Below are positions 38,010 through 53,283 of a stretch of DNA of 64,000 nt, one piece after another. This DNA is from Octopus vulgaris (Eukaryota). Both the position numbers and the translations under genes were made by a program. Each line of letters begins with the position of its first letter. The stretch's first letter is position 1. Under the pieces are notes generated by a model that was given only the letters and a program-made list of their open reading frames with translations, was not told the origin of the DNA and searched no databases. The DNA lies in assembly GCA_951406725.2 (NCBI GenBank), contig OX597831.1, positions 35,588,001 to 35,652,000 on the forward strand, given 5' to 3'.

Positions 38010-39365
38010 TGCTGGAAATTCCAAAGTATGTATTATTTCTTGTGCATGCAAGGGAAGAAGCTTTCCTCCCTGATATTTAAAATGTTCGTTGCTGATGTTG
38101 TAATATTTAACTTTTCTGTGACACAGAAGTTGTTTTTGCTGCCCTGTCCCCTGTATTTGCTGGCCTTAGCTTTAATGTTCTAGTTTATTTGGGGCTTGTC
38201 CATGCCTCGCTGTATACCATATTGGATGAAGATGTGTATGTTTTGTTTTTGTTTCTGAGCAAAGCCAAATGCTGCATATATCTTTCCTTGAAGGTGTTTT
38301 CCATAATTCCAATGTAAGATTTTATTGTTCCATTCAAGTTCATGATGCTAGCTTTGAACACTATTTTTTTTTTTCCAGGAACCTATTTTCAGGGAACAAC
38401 CCAGGGATCTACAATAAGAGAATATTTGGTTGGGTGTTCCTAATGTTATTCTTATTGTGATTGAAAATCATTGATCTTATGTTGGGGAGGCAACTATAGC
38501 TAACTTGAACTATATTTCTATTGAAGATCTTGGGGTATTCATATGTGTGGGAAGTTGGTATCTATGAGTTTCAAAAATTTTCTAGCAATTATTGTAGCCA
38601 CATTCATGGTGTATGGAGGATTATACCATAATATGTACTCCTGTCTATGCCTTTTTAGCTTGGCCTATCTATGCTTGGTTCAATATAAGTTATACTATTC
38701 TTAAAACTGGATCTTTCTACTGTGGCATTGTAACATGGGGCCGCCTTTTAGATAGTAGTTTCATTAGTAGATAGGTTGGAAACTAATTGTTTGATGATTG
38801 GCAGTGAAGGATTAGAGCCTTTGTCAATGAATGCAGTATCCTCATTTGGTTTTTGGTAAGGTTTAAATTTGTTCATCCTAAAATTCATAATGTCTAGGAA
38901 ATTAACTTCTTTAAGATTAGTGTTGATTGTAGATTTTAGGTTAATTTGCATATTTTCCCCTTATCTTACTCTCATCACATCAGTTTTTGTTATGTATTAC
39001 TCCTAGACCATCGTCCCTATATAATCCTCTGTTGGATTTGTTTATTTAATTTTTAATGTAGGATGTACATGCCAACTAGATCTGCTATTTCTGTTCCATT
39101 TTTTCTGCTCCCTGTAGCAACATCAAATAGCACATCCCTATCCTTTTTACTCAATGGGAATTACCTTGAAAAGGCAATGACTTCCCTGCATTCATTATTA
39201 TGCATGCATCAAGGTTAGTGATGGTTGTATATGCTTTACTGAACTCAAATGCCTTTCAGAGCTGGCATTTTGGAGATCATGGTGTAAAGCCTACAGTGTT
39301 GAACTGGGTGAAATTGCATTTGGGCTTATCAATTTCTCGATCCATTGAATGGTTGCACTGCTACA
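38010..39365 (-). mobile_element. Decayed Penelope-like retroelement (RT + C-terminal GIY-YIG), Naiad-like motif set
   Basis: Minus-strand motifs in order: FDVATGS, EIADLVGMYIL, GLYRDDGL (39001-39027), VNFLD..PYQKPN, ILWYNPPY, VSYSCLPN, VFKA..YIG..FKERY, FCVTEK..LNIREE..CMH; frameshifts and stops present. Confidence 0.88.
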
Positions 39366-39643
39366 CAGGATATCGATTATACGTACATTATACATTAAAG
39401 ACATATACTCCCATAAACTTATGCTGGATTCCCTAACCACACAGATTTATATGCGTAGCGCATATTCATTGCATGACATGGTTCACAGAGAAAACATATG
39501 TATATGATCTTATGAATTTACAGCCCCATAGACCATGTTTGGAGTCAGATATCTATGAAATCCCATAAATAATTATATGCACATACTCAAACATGAACAG
39601 AACACATGTTGCAGGTGTGTGTATGTGTGTGTGTGTATGTATG

Positions 39644-39712
<69 letters not shown>

Positions 39713-39764
39713 ATATGTGTATGTGCCCTGGGTGATATATATATATATATGCATATTTCTAAGT

Positions 39765-40100
39765 GAAGGTACATGGCTCAGTGGTTAGAGCATTGAGCTT
39801 ACAATCGTGAGGTTTCAAGTTTGAATCCTGGACCGGGCTGCGTGTTGTGTTCTTGAGCAAGACACTTTATTTCACGTTGCTACAGTTCCCTAAGCTGTAG
39901 AAATGAGTTGCAACATCACAGGTGCCAAGCTGCATCGGCCCCTTTGCCTTTCCCTTGGATAACACTGGTGGTGTGGAGAGGGGAGGCTGGTATGCATGGG
40001 CGACTGCTAGTCTTCCATAAACAACCTTCCTCGGACTTGTGCCTCGGAGGGTAACTTTCTAGGTGCAATCCCATGGTCAGTCATGATCAAAGGGAGTCTC
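39765..40100 (+). mobile_element. tRNA-derived SINE with a different body (related head at ~36700-36985)
   Basis: A box TGGCTCAGTGG, B-box-like GTTTGAATCC, CORE-like ttcttgagcaagacactt. Confidence 0.7.
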
Positions 40101-40609
40101 AGCTCAGCATATATCTTATCTTTTATCTTATTACTTGTTTCTGTCATTTGACTATGGCCATGCTGGGGTACTGCCTAGATGGGTTTTTAGTGGAACAATT
40201 CCACTTTCATTACTTTATATTTAAGAAAAGAAAAGAAAGAAGAAATGTTTCCTTCTCGAACCATTCAAGGCTCATAAGGACTAGTTTCCTGATTTCAGTG
40301 GTGTATAAATTCCCCACCTGGATGGGACGCCAGTCCCTCACAGGATTACTCCTTTTTACCATCTCAGTGGACTAGAGCAATGTGAAATGAAGTCTTTTGC
40401 TCAAGAAACACAACGCATTGCCTAGTCCAGGAATTGAAACAACAATCTTACGATCATGAGTCCAACACCGTAACCACTAAGCCACACACCTCCTTTTTTA
40501 AGTCAAGTATTTATTCTATCAGTCTCTATTGCCAAACTGCTAAGTTACAAGGATATAATCACACCAACACCAGTTGTCAAGTGGTGACAGAGGACAAACA
40601 GACACAGAG

Positions 40610-40663
<54 letters not shown>

Positions 40664-41199
40664 GTTTATACATGATGGGCTTCTTTCAGTTTCCATCTGT
40701 CAAATCCACTCTCAAGGCTTAAAGTTGGCCTGAGGCTATAGCAGAAGCCACTTGGCCATGGTGCCATGCACTGAGACTGAACCCAGAATGATGTATTTGG
40801 TAAACAAGCTTCTTACCACACAGCCATGCCTACACCTATATATAGATATTATTTATTCTTTAACTCTTTTACTTGTTTCAGTCATTTAATTGTGGCCATG
40901 TTGGAGCACTGCCTTTAATTGAACAAATCTAACCCAGGACTTATTGTTTGTAAGCCTAATACTTATTCTATCGGTCACTTTTGCCAAACTGCTAAGTTAC
41001 TGGGATGTAAACACACCAGCGTCAACTATCAAGCGATGTTGGGGGACAAACACAGACACACAAACATACACACACACGCGCGCACACTCATTGTCATGAT
41101 TAATAATAAATTCTTGTATATTCCATCCTGTCTTTCATTTGCTATACATATATATATATAAATTAGATTAGAGATAAAACCACTATTAGGCAAATCAAT

Positions 41200-41241
<42 letters not shown>

Positions 41242-41389
41242 ATGTGTATATATGCAATGGGCTTCTTTCAGTTTCCGTCTACCAAATCGACTCACAAGGC
41301 TTTGGTCAGACTGAGACTATAGTAGAAGACACTTGCCCAAGGTGCCACACAGTGAGACTGAACCCGGAACTATGTAGTTGTGAAGCAAG

Positions 41390-41433
<44 letters not shown>

Positions 41434-42334
41434 TTTTATTGGCTGAAGTGTTTAAAACATGCCATTTTGAGGCACCTGCTTCAATGATTTTGCTAGTTCT
41501 TTGTATTTTGTCTGGTGTATATTTTATCTCTCTTGCAACGATGAATGGCTATGTGCATCTTGGTCTTTTTCTTATGCATTATGCAAACTATCACTGTATT
41601 ATTGTTGCAGAGACCAAAAACAGCAAAATCTGAATTCCCAAATGAAGAACGCAAAACTTAGAACTTAAAACTTAAATTATTACATATATTTTATGAAAAA
41701 ATGTTCATGAAATCTTAAATAGGAAACAACTTGAAGGTATTTGAAAAACTAAGAATTCACACCAAACTCCAAAGTTTTATATATTCTTATTTTTCATTTA
41801 TGAATTATTTTGTTTTAATTTATTTCACTTACCAAAGTTTGAATCAAGTAAGAACTACCTCCCCAAAGAATTTATATTTCCACGAATTCTATTTTGGTAT
41901 ATGGCTTTTATATATTTTCTTGACATCATAGATTTCTGAACAAATATAACAAAACAACAACCAAATTAATGAAAATAGTGCTAAACCAAAAGACTGACGC
42001 CTATCCCCATTACCATCGCCTTAAAATTACAAGAATTCCTTATTTTGTTTTATTCCATTATTATCATTATTATCGGTATCATCTCCATCAGTTTTATCAT
42101 CGTTGTCATGGTGATTATCATCATTATTATAATTGTTATATATTTTTATTTAAATAATTTTTGAAAATATTTCTAACAAGTAGTTTTGGTTGGTGTTTCA
42201 CAAATGAAACACAGATTGTAAACAATGTTTATTTTCTCAAAACATACGAGGTTTTTTTACCTATTTTCTTTTTAGCTCCCAGCAATCAGAGCAATTAATA
42301 TTTGTATATTTGTATACATACATACAGGCATACA

Positions 42335-42380
<46 letters not shown>

Positions 42381-43149
42381 CAGATACATGAATATATGTA
42401 TGTATGTATCTATCTCTCTCTCCATTTATATACACACACACCCACACACATAAATACATCCATACATATATTTTTATATACACCCACATACATATACATG
42501 CATGCTTGCATGTAAGTGTGTGATTGTGCATATATAAATATATAGCTAGCTAGTTATAAATATTTATGTGTGCAGATCCATGTGTGGATAAGATCTTTAC
42601 CATCATCACTGCCACCACCACCACCACCACCACCATCATAGACATCGTTGTCGTCGTCATCGTTGTCGTCGTCATCATTGTTGTCAGCATCGTCATCATC
42701 ATCAACTGTTGTAGCATAAGCAGTAAACCTCATCATTACCATCATCACTACCACCACCACCACCACCACCACTACCATCACCACCACCACCACTACCATC
42801 ATCATCATCATCATCAACTGTTGTGGCATAAGTTGTAAATCTCGTCATCACCACCACCACCATCACCACCTCCATCATCATCATTTTCATCATCATCATC
42901 ATTATCATCATCATCATCATCATCATCTGTTGTGGCATAAGTAGTAAACCTCATCATCACCACCACCACCTCCACCACCACTGCCACCACCATCGTCATC
43001 CAATTGTATTTATGTTTTCATGCTTGTTTTAGTTGGACAGGTCCTCTTCAACATATCATCTTTCTTCTTCTCCCTCTCACTCTGTTTCTTTTCTCTTTCT
43101 CTCTCACTGCACATATATGCATTTAAATATGTACACATATCTAAATGTA

Positions 43150-43188
<39 letters not shown>

Positions 43189-43189
43189 T

Positions 43190-43514
43190 TGTGATACCTG
43201 TGCTGGTGGCACATTAAAAACCACCATCCGAACATGGCCGATGCCAGTGCCGCATTGACTGGCTTCCGTGCCAGTGGCACGTAAAAGGCACCAACTGATC
43301 GTGACCGTTGCCAGCCTTGCCTAGCACCTGTGCCAGTGGCATGTAAGAAGCACCCACTACACTCACGGAGTGGTTGGCGTTAGGAAGGGCATCCAGCTGT
43401 AGAAACACTGCCAGATCAGACTGGAGCCTGGTGCAGCCTTCTGGCTTTCCAGACCCCGGCTGAACCGTCCAACCCATGCAAGCATGGAAGACGGACGTTA
43501 AACGACGATGATGA
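43190..43514 (+). mobile_element. Family C copy (others ~20470-20890 -, 27455-27845 -, 30480-30983 +, 36292-36680 -, 60165-60572 +)
   Basis: Same conserved 3' block and (GAT)n tail. Confidence 0.85.
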
Positions 43515-43719
43515 TATATATGAGAGGTATTGGTATCCAGAAGACCCAAGGTAGAAAGGAAAGCTATGTAAGTGCTATGGAAGGACTGTAGTTAAACTCT
43601 TGGTTTGATAATAATATGAGGGAAGAGTCTAATGCGGGTCTTGGTCTTGTGTGAGCATGTATATGTTAACAAATCTAAAGCTGTGTGGAATTTTCAGGAC
43701 ATTTATAAAGAGAAAGTTA

Positions 43720-43768
43720 GCGTTACAGCTGTTTCTGGGATATTAGGGATATCCCTTCATCAGAGATA
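43720..43768 (-). ncRNA. Hammerhead motif in a probable Penelope-type terminal repeat
   Basis: CUGAUGA-A-GGGAUA..UAUCCC-A-GAAA-CAGCUG-UA; 6-bp stem II; palindromic ACAGCUGU; stem I degenerate. Confidence 0.6.
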
Positions 43769-43946
43769 ATGTGAGATGGTTGAATAGAGGGAAATAGTAG
43801 AGTTCAATATAAGGAGTTATTTTGGAAAAGGATGGAAATAAGAAGTGTAAAGGGAAATAAGAGAATAAAAGTAAAAAGAAGAATGTATGTAGGAGGCTAT
43901 AGTTTTGTTCTATTATCCAAGGAAAGTGATGTGTCGAAGTGGTAGA

Positions 43947-44180
43947 AAGGCGATGAGCTGGCAGAAATGTTAGAACGCCGGGTGAAATGTGTAACTGTAT
44001 TTTGTCTGCTGGTACATTGTGAGTTTAAATTCCGCTGAGGTCGACTTTGCCTTTCATCCTTTCAGGGTCGATAAATTAAGTACCAGTTACGCACTGGGGT
44101 CGATGTAATCGATTTAATCCGTCTGTCTGTCCTTGTTTGTCCTCTCGGTGTTTAGCCCCTTGTGGGTAATAAAGAAATAG
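43947..44180 (+). mobile_element. SINE family A copy (others ~1-99 -, 12660-12843 -, 14445-14593 -, 21095-21290 +, 25908-26120 -, 44995-45195 -)
   Basis: Aligns with 61425-61656; flanked by the direct repeat GAAGTGGTAGAAA (TSD-like). Confidence 0.85.
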
Positions 44181-45199
44181 AAGTGGTAGAAATGCTTCTT
44201 GTCCATGGTATGTAAATTCCAATAGGAGTTCATATTTTGTCATTACAAATGGAAAGTGTGGAGACGTAGATTCATTCAAAGGTCTTGTGGTGTGAATGAA
44301 ATTTTGAGAATGTAGTGGTAGTATTAAGTAGATAGAGAAAAGAGAAAGAGAAAAGCTGTATGTGAGAATGAGGAGAATGGTCAAAAGGAATAGGCGACAA
44401 AAAAAGAAAGAAAGAGGAAGAGAAAATGAAAAATGGAGTGTTAGTTGGTGGGCAAGATATTATGAGGGGGGAGGGAAAGGAATAGGGGAAAGATAGGAAG
44501 AGATAGCCTTAATAATAAGAATAATGATGATGATGGTGGAGGTGGTGGTGGTGGTGGCGGTGGCGGCGGCGATGATGATGATGATGATAATAATAATGAT
44601 AAGAAGAAGAAGAAGAAACAGAAGAAGAAGAAGAAGAAGAGGGGGAGCATCATAACCATGTGTTGAGAGGAATTCTTTGGGGTTTGAATAATTCACCACT
44701 GGAAACATGGGTGTTTCTTTCAACATCCTTAAGCAGCACCTTATTCAGGGACATTTTGAGTGGGATGGGCTACTCGACCAGAAGAAAATTCTAACTGGGC
44801 CCCACCTGCAAGGTCATGTGCTGTTTATCTTGATATGAGATCACCATGTCGCGCACATATAGTTGTGATGCATGTGTCTGGTGTACCCTTATCAGACGGG
44901 TAGTCATGATGGGTATATTGGGCTTCGTATATTTTACCCCAGTGTCACTTTGATGGCATGCACTGCTCACTCACCCAGTAATGATAATGATAGCTTCAAA
45001 TTTCGACACAAGGCCAGCAATTTCCAGGGAAGTAGAATTCAATTATATTGACCCTAGTATTTCACTGGTATTTCATTTTATTGACACTGAAGAAATGAAA
45101 AGCATTGATTTCAGTGGGATTTGAGCTCTGAAACTTACGAGCTGGAACCAATAGAGCAAAACATTTTTTTTTCTGACACTAATGATTCTGCTAACACGA

Positions 45200-47300
<2,101 letters not shown>

Positions 47301-47348
47301 AATAAACCCAGTCATATTTGTGTCCAAATGTGTATGTGTGTAAGTATA

Positions 47349-47390
<42 letters not shown>

Positions 47391-47846
47391 CGTGTGTGTG
47401 TTTATAAATATATATGTATAAGTGTAAATAGATAAACTACAGAAAATGTAATTAATGAGATTCTTTACTGAAAATCACTACAATTGTTTCAACACCCACT
47501 CACACCTGAAGTTCATAGATGAGATGCTGTGCAGTCATTCTCTTTCATCCTCTTTTTATAAACTGTACAGATATTATAGAATTCCTGAAGTACATCCAGT
47601 AACACATGCATTTCATCTGTATGATGACATCAGATAACCAATAACTGTGGATCAGCTTTGCACAGCATTCTCCAAGTTTTTTTTACCTGAATCTCATTTA
47701 ACTACGTATGAATGTATACATGTGTATTTATGTATATACATAAGAGGAATAGCTACCCAAGTGGATTCCTAACATGCTACAAGAAGATGCCGATGTGTAT
47801 TTTCTTTCCTTTGTCCACTCACTTGTTTATGTATATATATATATAT

Positions 47847-48018
47847 AGGTGCAGGAGTGGCTGTGTGGTAAGCGGCTTGCTTATGAACCACATGGTTCAG
47901 AGTTCAGTCCCACAGCGTGGCATCTTGGGTGAGTATCTTCTACTATAGCCTCGGGCTGACCAAAGCTTTGTGAGTGGATCTGGTAGATGCAAACTGAAAG
48001 AAGCCCATCCTGTATATG

Positions 48019-48063
<45 letters not shown>

Positions 48064-48266
48064 GTATGTGTGTGTGTATATGTTTGTGTGTCTGTGTTTG
48101 TCCCCCCAATATCGCTTGACAACTGATGCTGGTGTGTTTACGTCCGTCAGCCAGTGGTTCGGCAAGAGAGACCAAAAGAATAAGTACTAGGCTTACAAAG
48201 AATAAGTCGACTAAAGGTGGTGCTCCAGCATGGCCACTGTCAAATGACTGAAACAAATAAAAGAAA
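47847..48266 (+). mobile_element. SINE family B copy (others ~712-846 -, 28070-28225 +, 40500-40797 -, 40815-41390 - split, 58057-58212 +)
   Basis: Collinear with 9972-10380. Confidence 0.85.
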
Positions 48267-48729
48267 AAATATATATATATAAATATATATATAGACACAT
48301 GTTGGGCAACTGAAAATATAAGAAAAAAACAGGAAAAAAAAAGGAACAAATGTCAATAAAATAGGAGTGGAAATGGCATTTAGAGCATGGATGTTTGTTG
48401 GAAAATAGGAGAGAATCCAGAGTAGAGGAAAAAGTGGCATGAGTAGATAGTCCAGAGAAAAGGACATGCGTCAATACATTGTCAAAAAAATAACTGACTG
48501 CAAGTTAGAGAGAGGTAAAGAATGCGGCTGTGTGTATGTGTGTGTGTGTGTGTGTGTGTTTCCTAAGAAGAGTTTGGTATTAAAACGAAAAAACCAGATG
48601 AAAATATCTTAAAGATAACTTACAAATTATTCTGTTTGCTCATCATAACCATCATCATCATCATCATCATCATTGTTGTAGTTATTATTATTATTACTAT
48701 TATTATTATTATTATTACTATTATTATTA

Positions 48730-48764
<35 letters not shown>

Positions 48765-48924
48765 GTTATTATCATCATCATCATTACTTAAAAAACAACA
48801 GTTTCTTTTTAGTATTTTTTCCGCCCCCCCCCCCCCTGTATCTCTTCATAAGTTTAAATATTTTCCACTAATTTCTTTCTGCAGAGATGCTAGCATGTAA
48901 ACAAATACGTGGGAGTTTTCATAT

Positions 48925-48990
<66 letters not shown>

Positions 48991-50830
48991 GCGCGCGCAC
49001 ACACACTCAAAAGCTGTTACACACAGACATAAATACTAACGTACACATATTTACATAGATAACATTCATACCACATCTTAAGTGTTTTATATTCTTTTAC
49101 TCTCTCTTTCTCATTCATATGTGTGTGTGTGTGTGAGTGTGTGTGTATGTGTGTCTGTGTAAATGTGCAACTGAATATATATTTATATATGTGTGCGTGT
49201 GCATGTGTATGTTAATATGTATGCGTATATATGTTTGCGTGCGTGTGTGTGTGTGTGTGAATGAGTGTATATGAGTACACATGTGTGTATATGTGGGCAT
49301 AGATATATGTGTACTAGTGTGTGTATATATGTATGATATATGTAAGAATGTATGATTTTGTATGTGTGTTTGTGTGTGTGTGTGTGTGTGTGATGGCAAA
49401 TGATTTGAAAACTTTTTATTCAAATTTTCACTTAATAAATTATTGCTTTCCTTTTTTTTTTTTGGTTTGTTTTCTAAAACATTAAAAAAACCTGTTGTTT
49501 CTTCAATATTTTCCATTTTTCTTATGCAATAATCTTCTTTTTTATTATTATTCTCTCCACAAAAAAATGTATGTATCAGTTTTAAGAATTCACGAGTCTC
49601 ATAAAAATTGACACAATGGTTTTCAAAATAAATAATATTGGTATGATAATATACACTTGAAGAACTTTCCGACATAACACTTCTCAGAAAATAAGGAATG
49701 GTAGAGTTTGTGTGGTGTTGCACCTGAAGATTTTGGGTGAAATTTCTCACTGGTTCTGCTTCAAGGGGTGTGAGAAAATGTTAGTGGTTGTGAGGGCAGA
49801 AAACCGAATTGCTACTCTTATGAGAGAATTGACTATCTTGGGCCCTTCTGTATGTCTTGTAGCTGTTAAGAGGAGTGTTGAGTGATGTCTCTTGCTTCTA
49901 CCATTCCTGACAACTATAGCTCCTTCTCAGGTCATATAGACTCATAAAGCCAGTTTCCTAGATTTTGCAGTGTATATGTTCCTCTCCTATAGGATGGATG
50001 TGGAGGTGTGTGGTTTTGTTCTTAGCATGTTGGGTGCATGCTTGAAGATTGTGGCTTCGATTCCTGGACTGGGTGATGTCCTGTGTTATCAAGACATCAC
50101 CATCATATAAGCAGTGTCATTTTCTTTTCTATTTTCCACACAAAGCATGCTTAACCAAGGAAAAATATTACCTAGCTTGGATATAGGTGAAGGCTTGTGA
50201 CATGAAGGACATCAGGACAGAGTGGAGGCATGTAGTTTAGTGGTTAGGATGCTGGACTCTTGACAGTAAGATTATGGTTTCAATTCCTGGACAGGGCAAC
50301 ACATTGTGTTCTTGAGCAAAACTCTTCCTTTCACATTGCTCCAGTCTACTCAGCTGGCAAAAGGGAATGATCCTGTGAGGGACTGGCGTCCTGTCCAGGT
50401 AGGGAACATACACATCATAGAAACCAGGAAACCAGCTCTTATGAGTTTGTATGACTAAAGAAGTTAACTTCACTTTTACTTTTTACCTTTACATTCCAGT
50501 GGATGGAATGCCACAGTCTTAACAACAATACTCATTTCCTTTTTTTTGCCAGCTGAGTGGACTGGATCAATGTGAAGTGAAGTGTCTTGATCAAGAACAC
50601 AATGCATTGCCTGGTCTAGGAATTGAAACCACAACCTTACGATCATGAGTCCAACACCTTAACCACTAAACTACATGCCTCCATAACAATAAAAATCCGA
50701 AGCTGCAACAACAACAGCAACAACAACAACAACAATCATATGAGAAGGATACAATTCTATATTTAAGAGATGAGGAATTATGTACATTATTTACATTTGA
50801 TGGATATTTGTCCTCATCTTGTTTGTTGTT

Positions 50831-50876
50831 AACACAACGTTTTGGCTGATACACCCTCCAGAATTCATTAGGTGTC
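50831..50876 (-). ncRNA. Family E hammerhead motif, core decayed (element 50754-50930)
   Basis: GACAC-CUAAUGA..CAGCC-AAAA-CGUU-GUGUU; homologous to the other two copies. Confidence 0.5.
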
Positions 50877-50957
50877 TTGGGGAAACTTCAAACCTAGATT
50901 CTCATTCCTAAGGTATTTTTTGATGTTATCACTCTTCTTCTTCTTCTTCTTCTTCTT

Positions 50958-51048
<91 letters not shown>

Positions 51049-51049
<1 letters not shown>

Positions 51050-51585
51050 TGAGTGAGAGAGCAGTGCATGCCATCAAAGTGACACTGGGGTCAAATATAC
51101 AAAGCCCAGTGTACCTATCATGACTACCCATCTGATAAGGGCACACTAGGCACATGCATCACAACCATATGTGTGTGACATGGTGATCTCCTATCAAGAT
51201 AAACAGTGCATGACCTTGCAGGCCAAGCCCAGTTAGAATTTTCTTCTGGTCGAATAACCCATTCCACTCAAAAGGTCTCTGAATAAGGGTTGTTTAAGGA
51301 TGTTGAACAAAACACCCATGTTTCCTGAGTTAAATTATTCAAACCCCAAAAATCCCTCTCAACACTTGGCTATGATGTTCCCCCACTACTTCTGCTTGTG
51401 ATCAGAGATGCACATATCGTCAGCCACTAAGGGACATACACAACTGACAAGCAAATCTGTGAGATTGAGCAGAATATTTGCTGTAGCCCATCTTTTATAC
51501 TAAGACAAAACAATGTACATGATAACACTTCCAATCAGTTAAGATCAGAAGTCATGAGAGTCACTGCCTGGTACTGCATCAGGGC
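51049..51585 (-). mobile_element. Family D copy, full length with a small internal deletion
   Basis: Collinear with 24263-24818; (ATT)n on both sides. Confidence 0.85.
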
Positions 51586-51638
51586 ATTTATTATTATTAT
51601 TATTATTACTATTATTATTATTATTATTATTATTATTA

Positions 51639-51706
<68 letters not shown>

Positions 51707-51708
<2 letters not shown>

Positions 51709-51786
51709 TCAGGTCACTGCTTTGAATTGGAACTCGGAATCTTGGGGTTAGTAGCCTGCGCTCTTAACCACTACACCATATGCCCG
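51707..51786 (-). mobile_element. Very short (~80 bp) tRNA-like SINE ending in (TAA)n
   Basis: Minus strand: gggcatatggtgtagtggttaagagcgc..gagttccaattc..cagtgacctgaataat; A box TGGTGTAGTGG and a degenerate B box. Confidence 0.6.
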
Positions 51787-51811
51787 CGGGCATATTATTA
51801 TTATTCAGTGA

Positions 51812-51851
<40 letters not shown>

Positions 51852-51905
51852 AATTATAATAATAGTAATAATAATAATAATAATAATAATAGTAATAACA
51901 ACAAC

Positions 51906-51967
<62 letters not shown>

Positions 51968-52016
51968 CAATAATAATAATAATAATAATAAATAATAATA
52001 ATAATAATAATAATAA

Positions 52017-53180
52017 TAGTTAAAAGCAGATGTAAACAGGATTTATTTACCGAGAACCATGGGAGGAAGAGGACTAACTCAATTAGAATTATCTTACAAA
52101 ACTACCACTGTAGGATTAAATACATATCTTGAGCTGTCAAAAGATCCTCTAATGGAGCTTGTGCACCTACATGATAATGTAAAGAAGCTATACTTGGTAT
52201 ACAAAAAATCAGTACAGTTTAAGAAACAACTGATGACGGAAGAACCTATGATGAAGGCAAATGAGAAAGTAACCCAGTTTCCTAAAAGAGTTAAGGAAGA
52301 GATGAAAAAACAAGTTGAGAAGAAGAGCAAAGAAGAATGGCTAGAAAAACCGCTGCATGGCCGATACCTATGTAGAGTGAACAAACCAGACATAGAAAAA
52401 TGAGACACATGTATGGATGTAGAGCTCAGGACTGAAGGCTGAAACCGAAGGTTTTATCATAGCAGCACAAGATCAAGGCTTGGCAACCAGAGCTTACCAC
52501 AACAAAATAATAAACAATGGCACTGACCCGAAATACAGAATATGTCATGAGCAGGATGAAAGAGTGGACCACATCTTAACTGGATGCACAGCACTTGCAA
52601 AAGCTGAATATATTCATAGACATGATAGAGTAGCGCAATATATCCATTGGAAGATATGTAAACGCTGCCAGTTTCCAACTTCAGAAAGATGGTACCAGCA
52701 TAAAGCTGAAACTGTGACCAGAAAAGATGATGTAACAGTACTCTGGGACATGCCACTCAACACCGATAAAGAAATCATGGCAAACAGGCCAGGCATAATC
52801 ATCAAAGATGGGAAGAATAAGAAATGCTTATTGATAGATGTGACAGTACCATCAGAGAGAAATGTGTCCATTAAAGAAGTTGAGAAGTTATTTAAGTACA
52901 AAGACCTAGAAACAGAAGTGACCAAGATGTTGGGAATGAAAAGCAGCACAGCACCAGTGGTGATTGGAGCATTAGGGCTAATTAAAAAGGGCCTTGATAA
53001 GCAGCTCATCAAACTCCCTTGCAGTGTTAACATTGGAGAACTTCAGAAAATAGTGTTGCTATGTTTCGCACACATTTTACGCTGTGTACTCTCCATGAGA
53101 TGAAGACCTGCTGTGACCCTAGGGTCAAGGGATGACCCTAGTTCAGCAGAAGAAAACGAACCATATTTTATTTTAACAAC
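52017..53180 (+). mobile_element. 5'-truncated R4/Dong-type non-LTR retrotransposon (post-RT region, zinc knuckle, restriction-like endonuclease), frameshifted
   Basis: RIYLPRTMGGRGL, AAQDQ, YRIC..DHILTGC (decayed CCHC), RHD, LWD, NRPG..IDVTVP..KYKDL, IGALG; preceded by a long (TAA)n, the known Dong target; frameshift and stop near 52400-52422. Confidence 0.9.
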
Positions 53181-53237
53181 AATAATAAAATCGAAAAATA
53201 CCTTAGGAATGAAAACCCAGGCTTGAAATTTCCCCAG

Positions 53238-53283
53238 GACACCTGATGAAGGCTGGAGCGTATATCAGCTAAAACGTTGTGTT
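53238..53283 (+). ncRNA. Family E hammerhead motif with GAAA mutated to AAAA (element 53188-53348)
   Basis: GACAC-CUGAUGA-A-GGCUG..CAGCU-AAAA-CGUU-GUGUU. Confidence 0.55.

Noticed and set aside
42700-42960. Repeat-spacer pattern superficially like a CRISPR array
   Set aside because: The spacers are simple trinucleotide repeats, the context is eukaryotic, and there are no cas genes.
49115-49750. 211-aa minus-strand ORF with a non-repetitive N-terminal half
   Set aside because: Non-ATG start, no recognisable domain, and it runs into a CA microsatellite.
51721-51786. Possible functional tRNA gene (also the SINE heads)
   Set aside because: A/B boxes are present but there is no complete cloverleaf or acceptor stem; it continues into a SINE tail.
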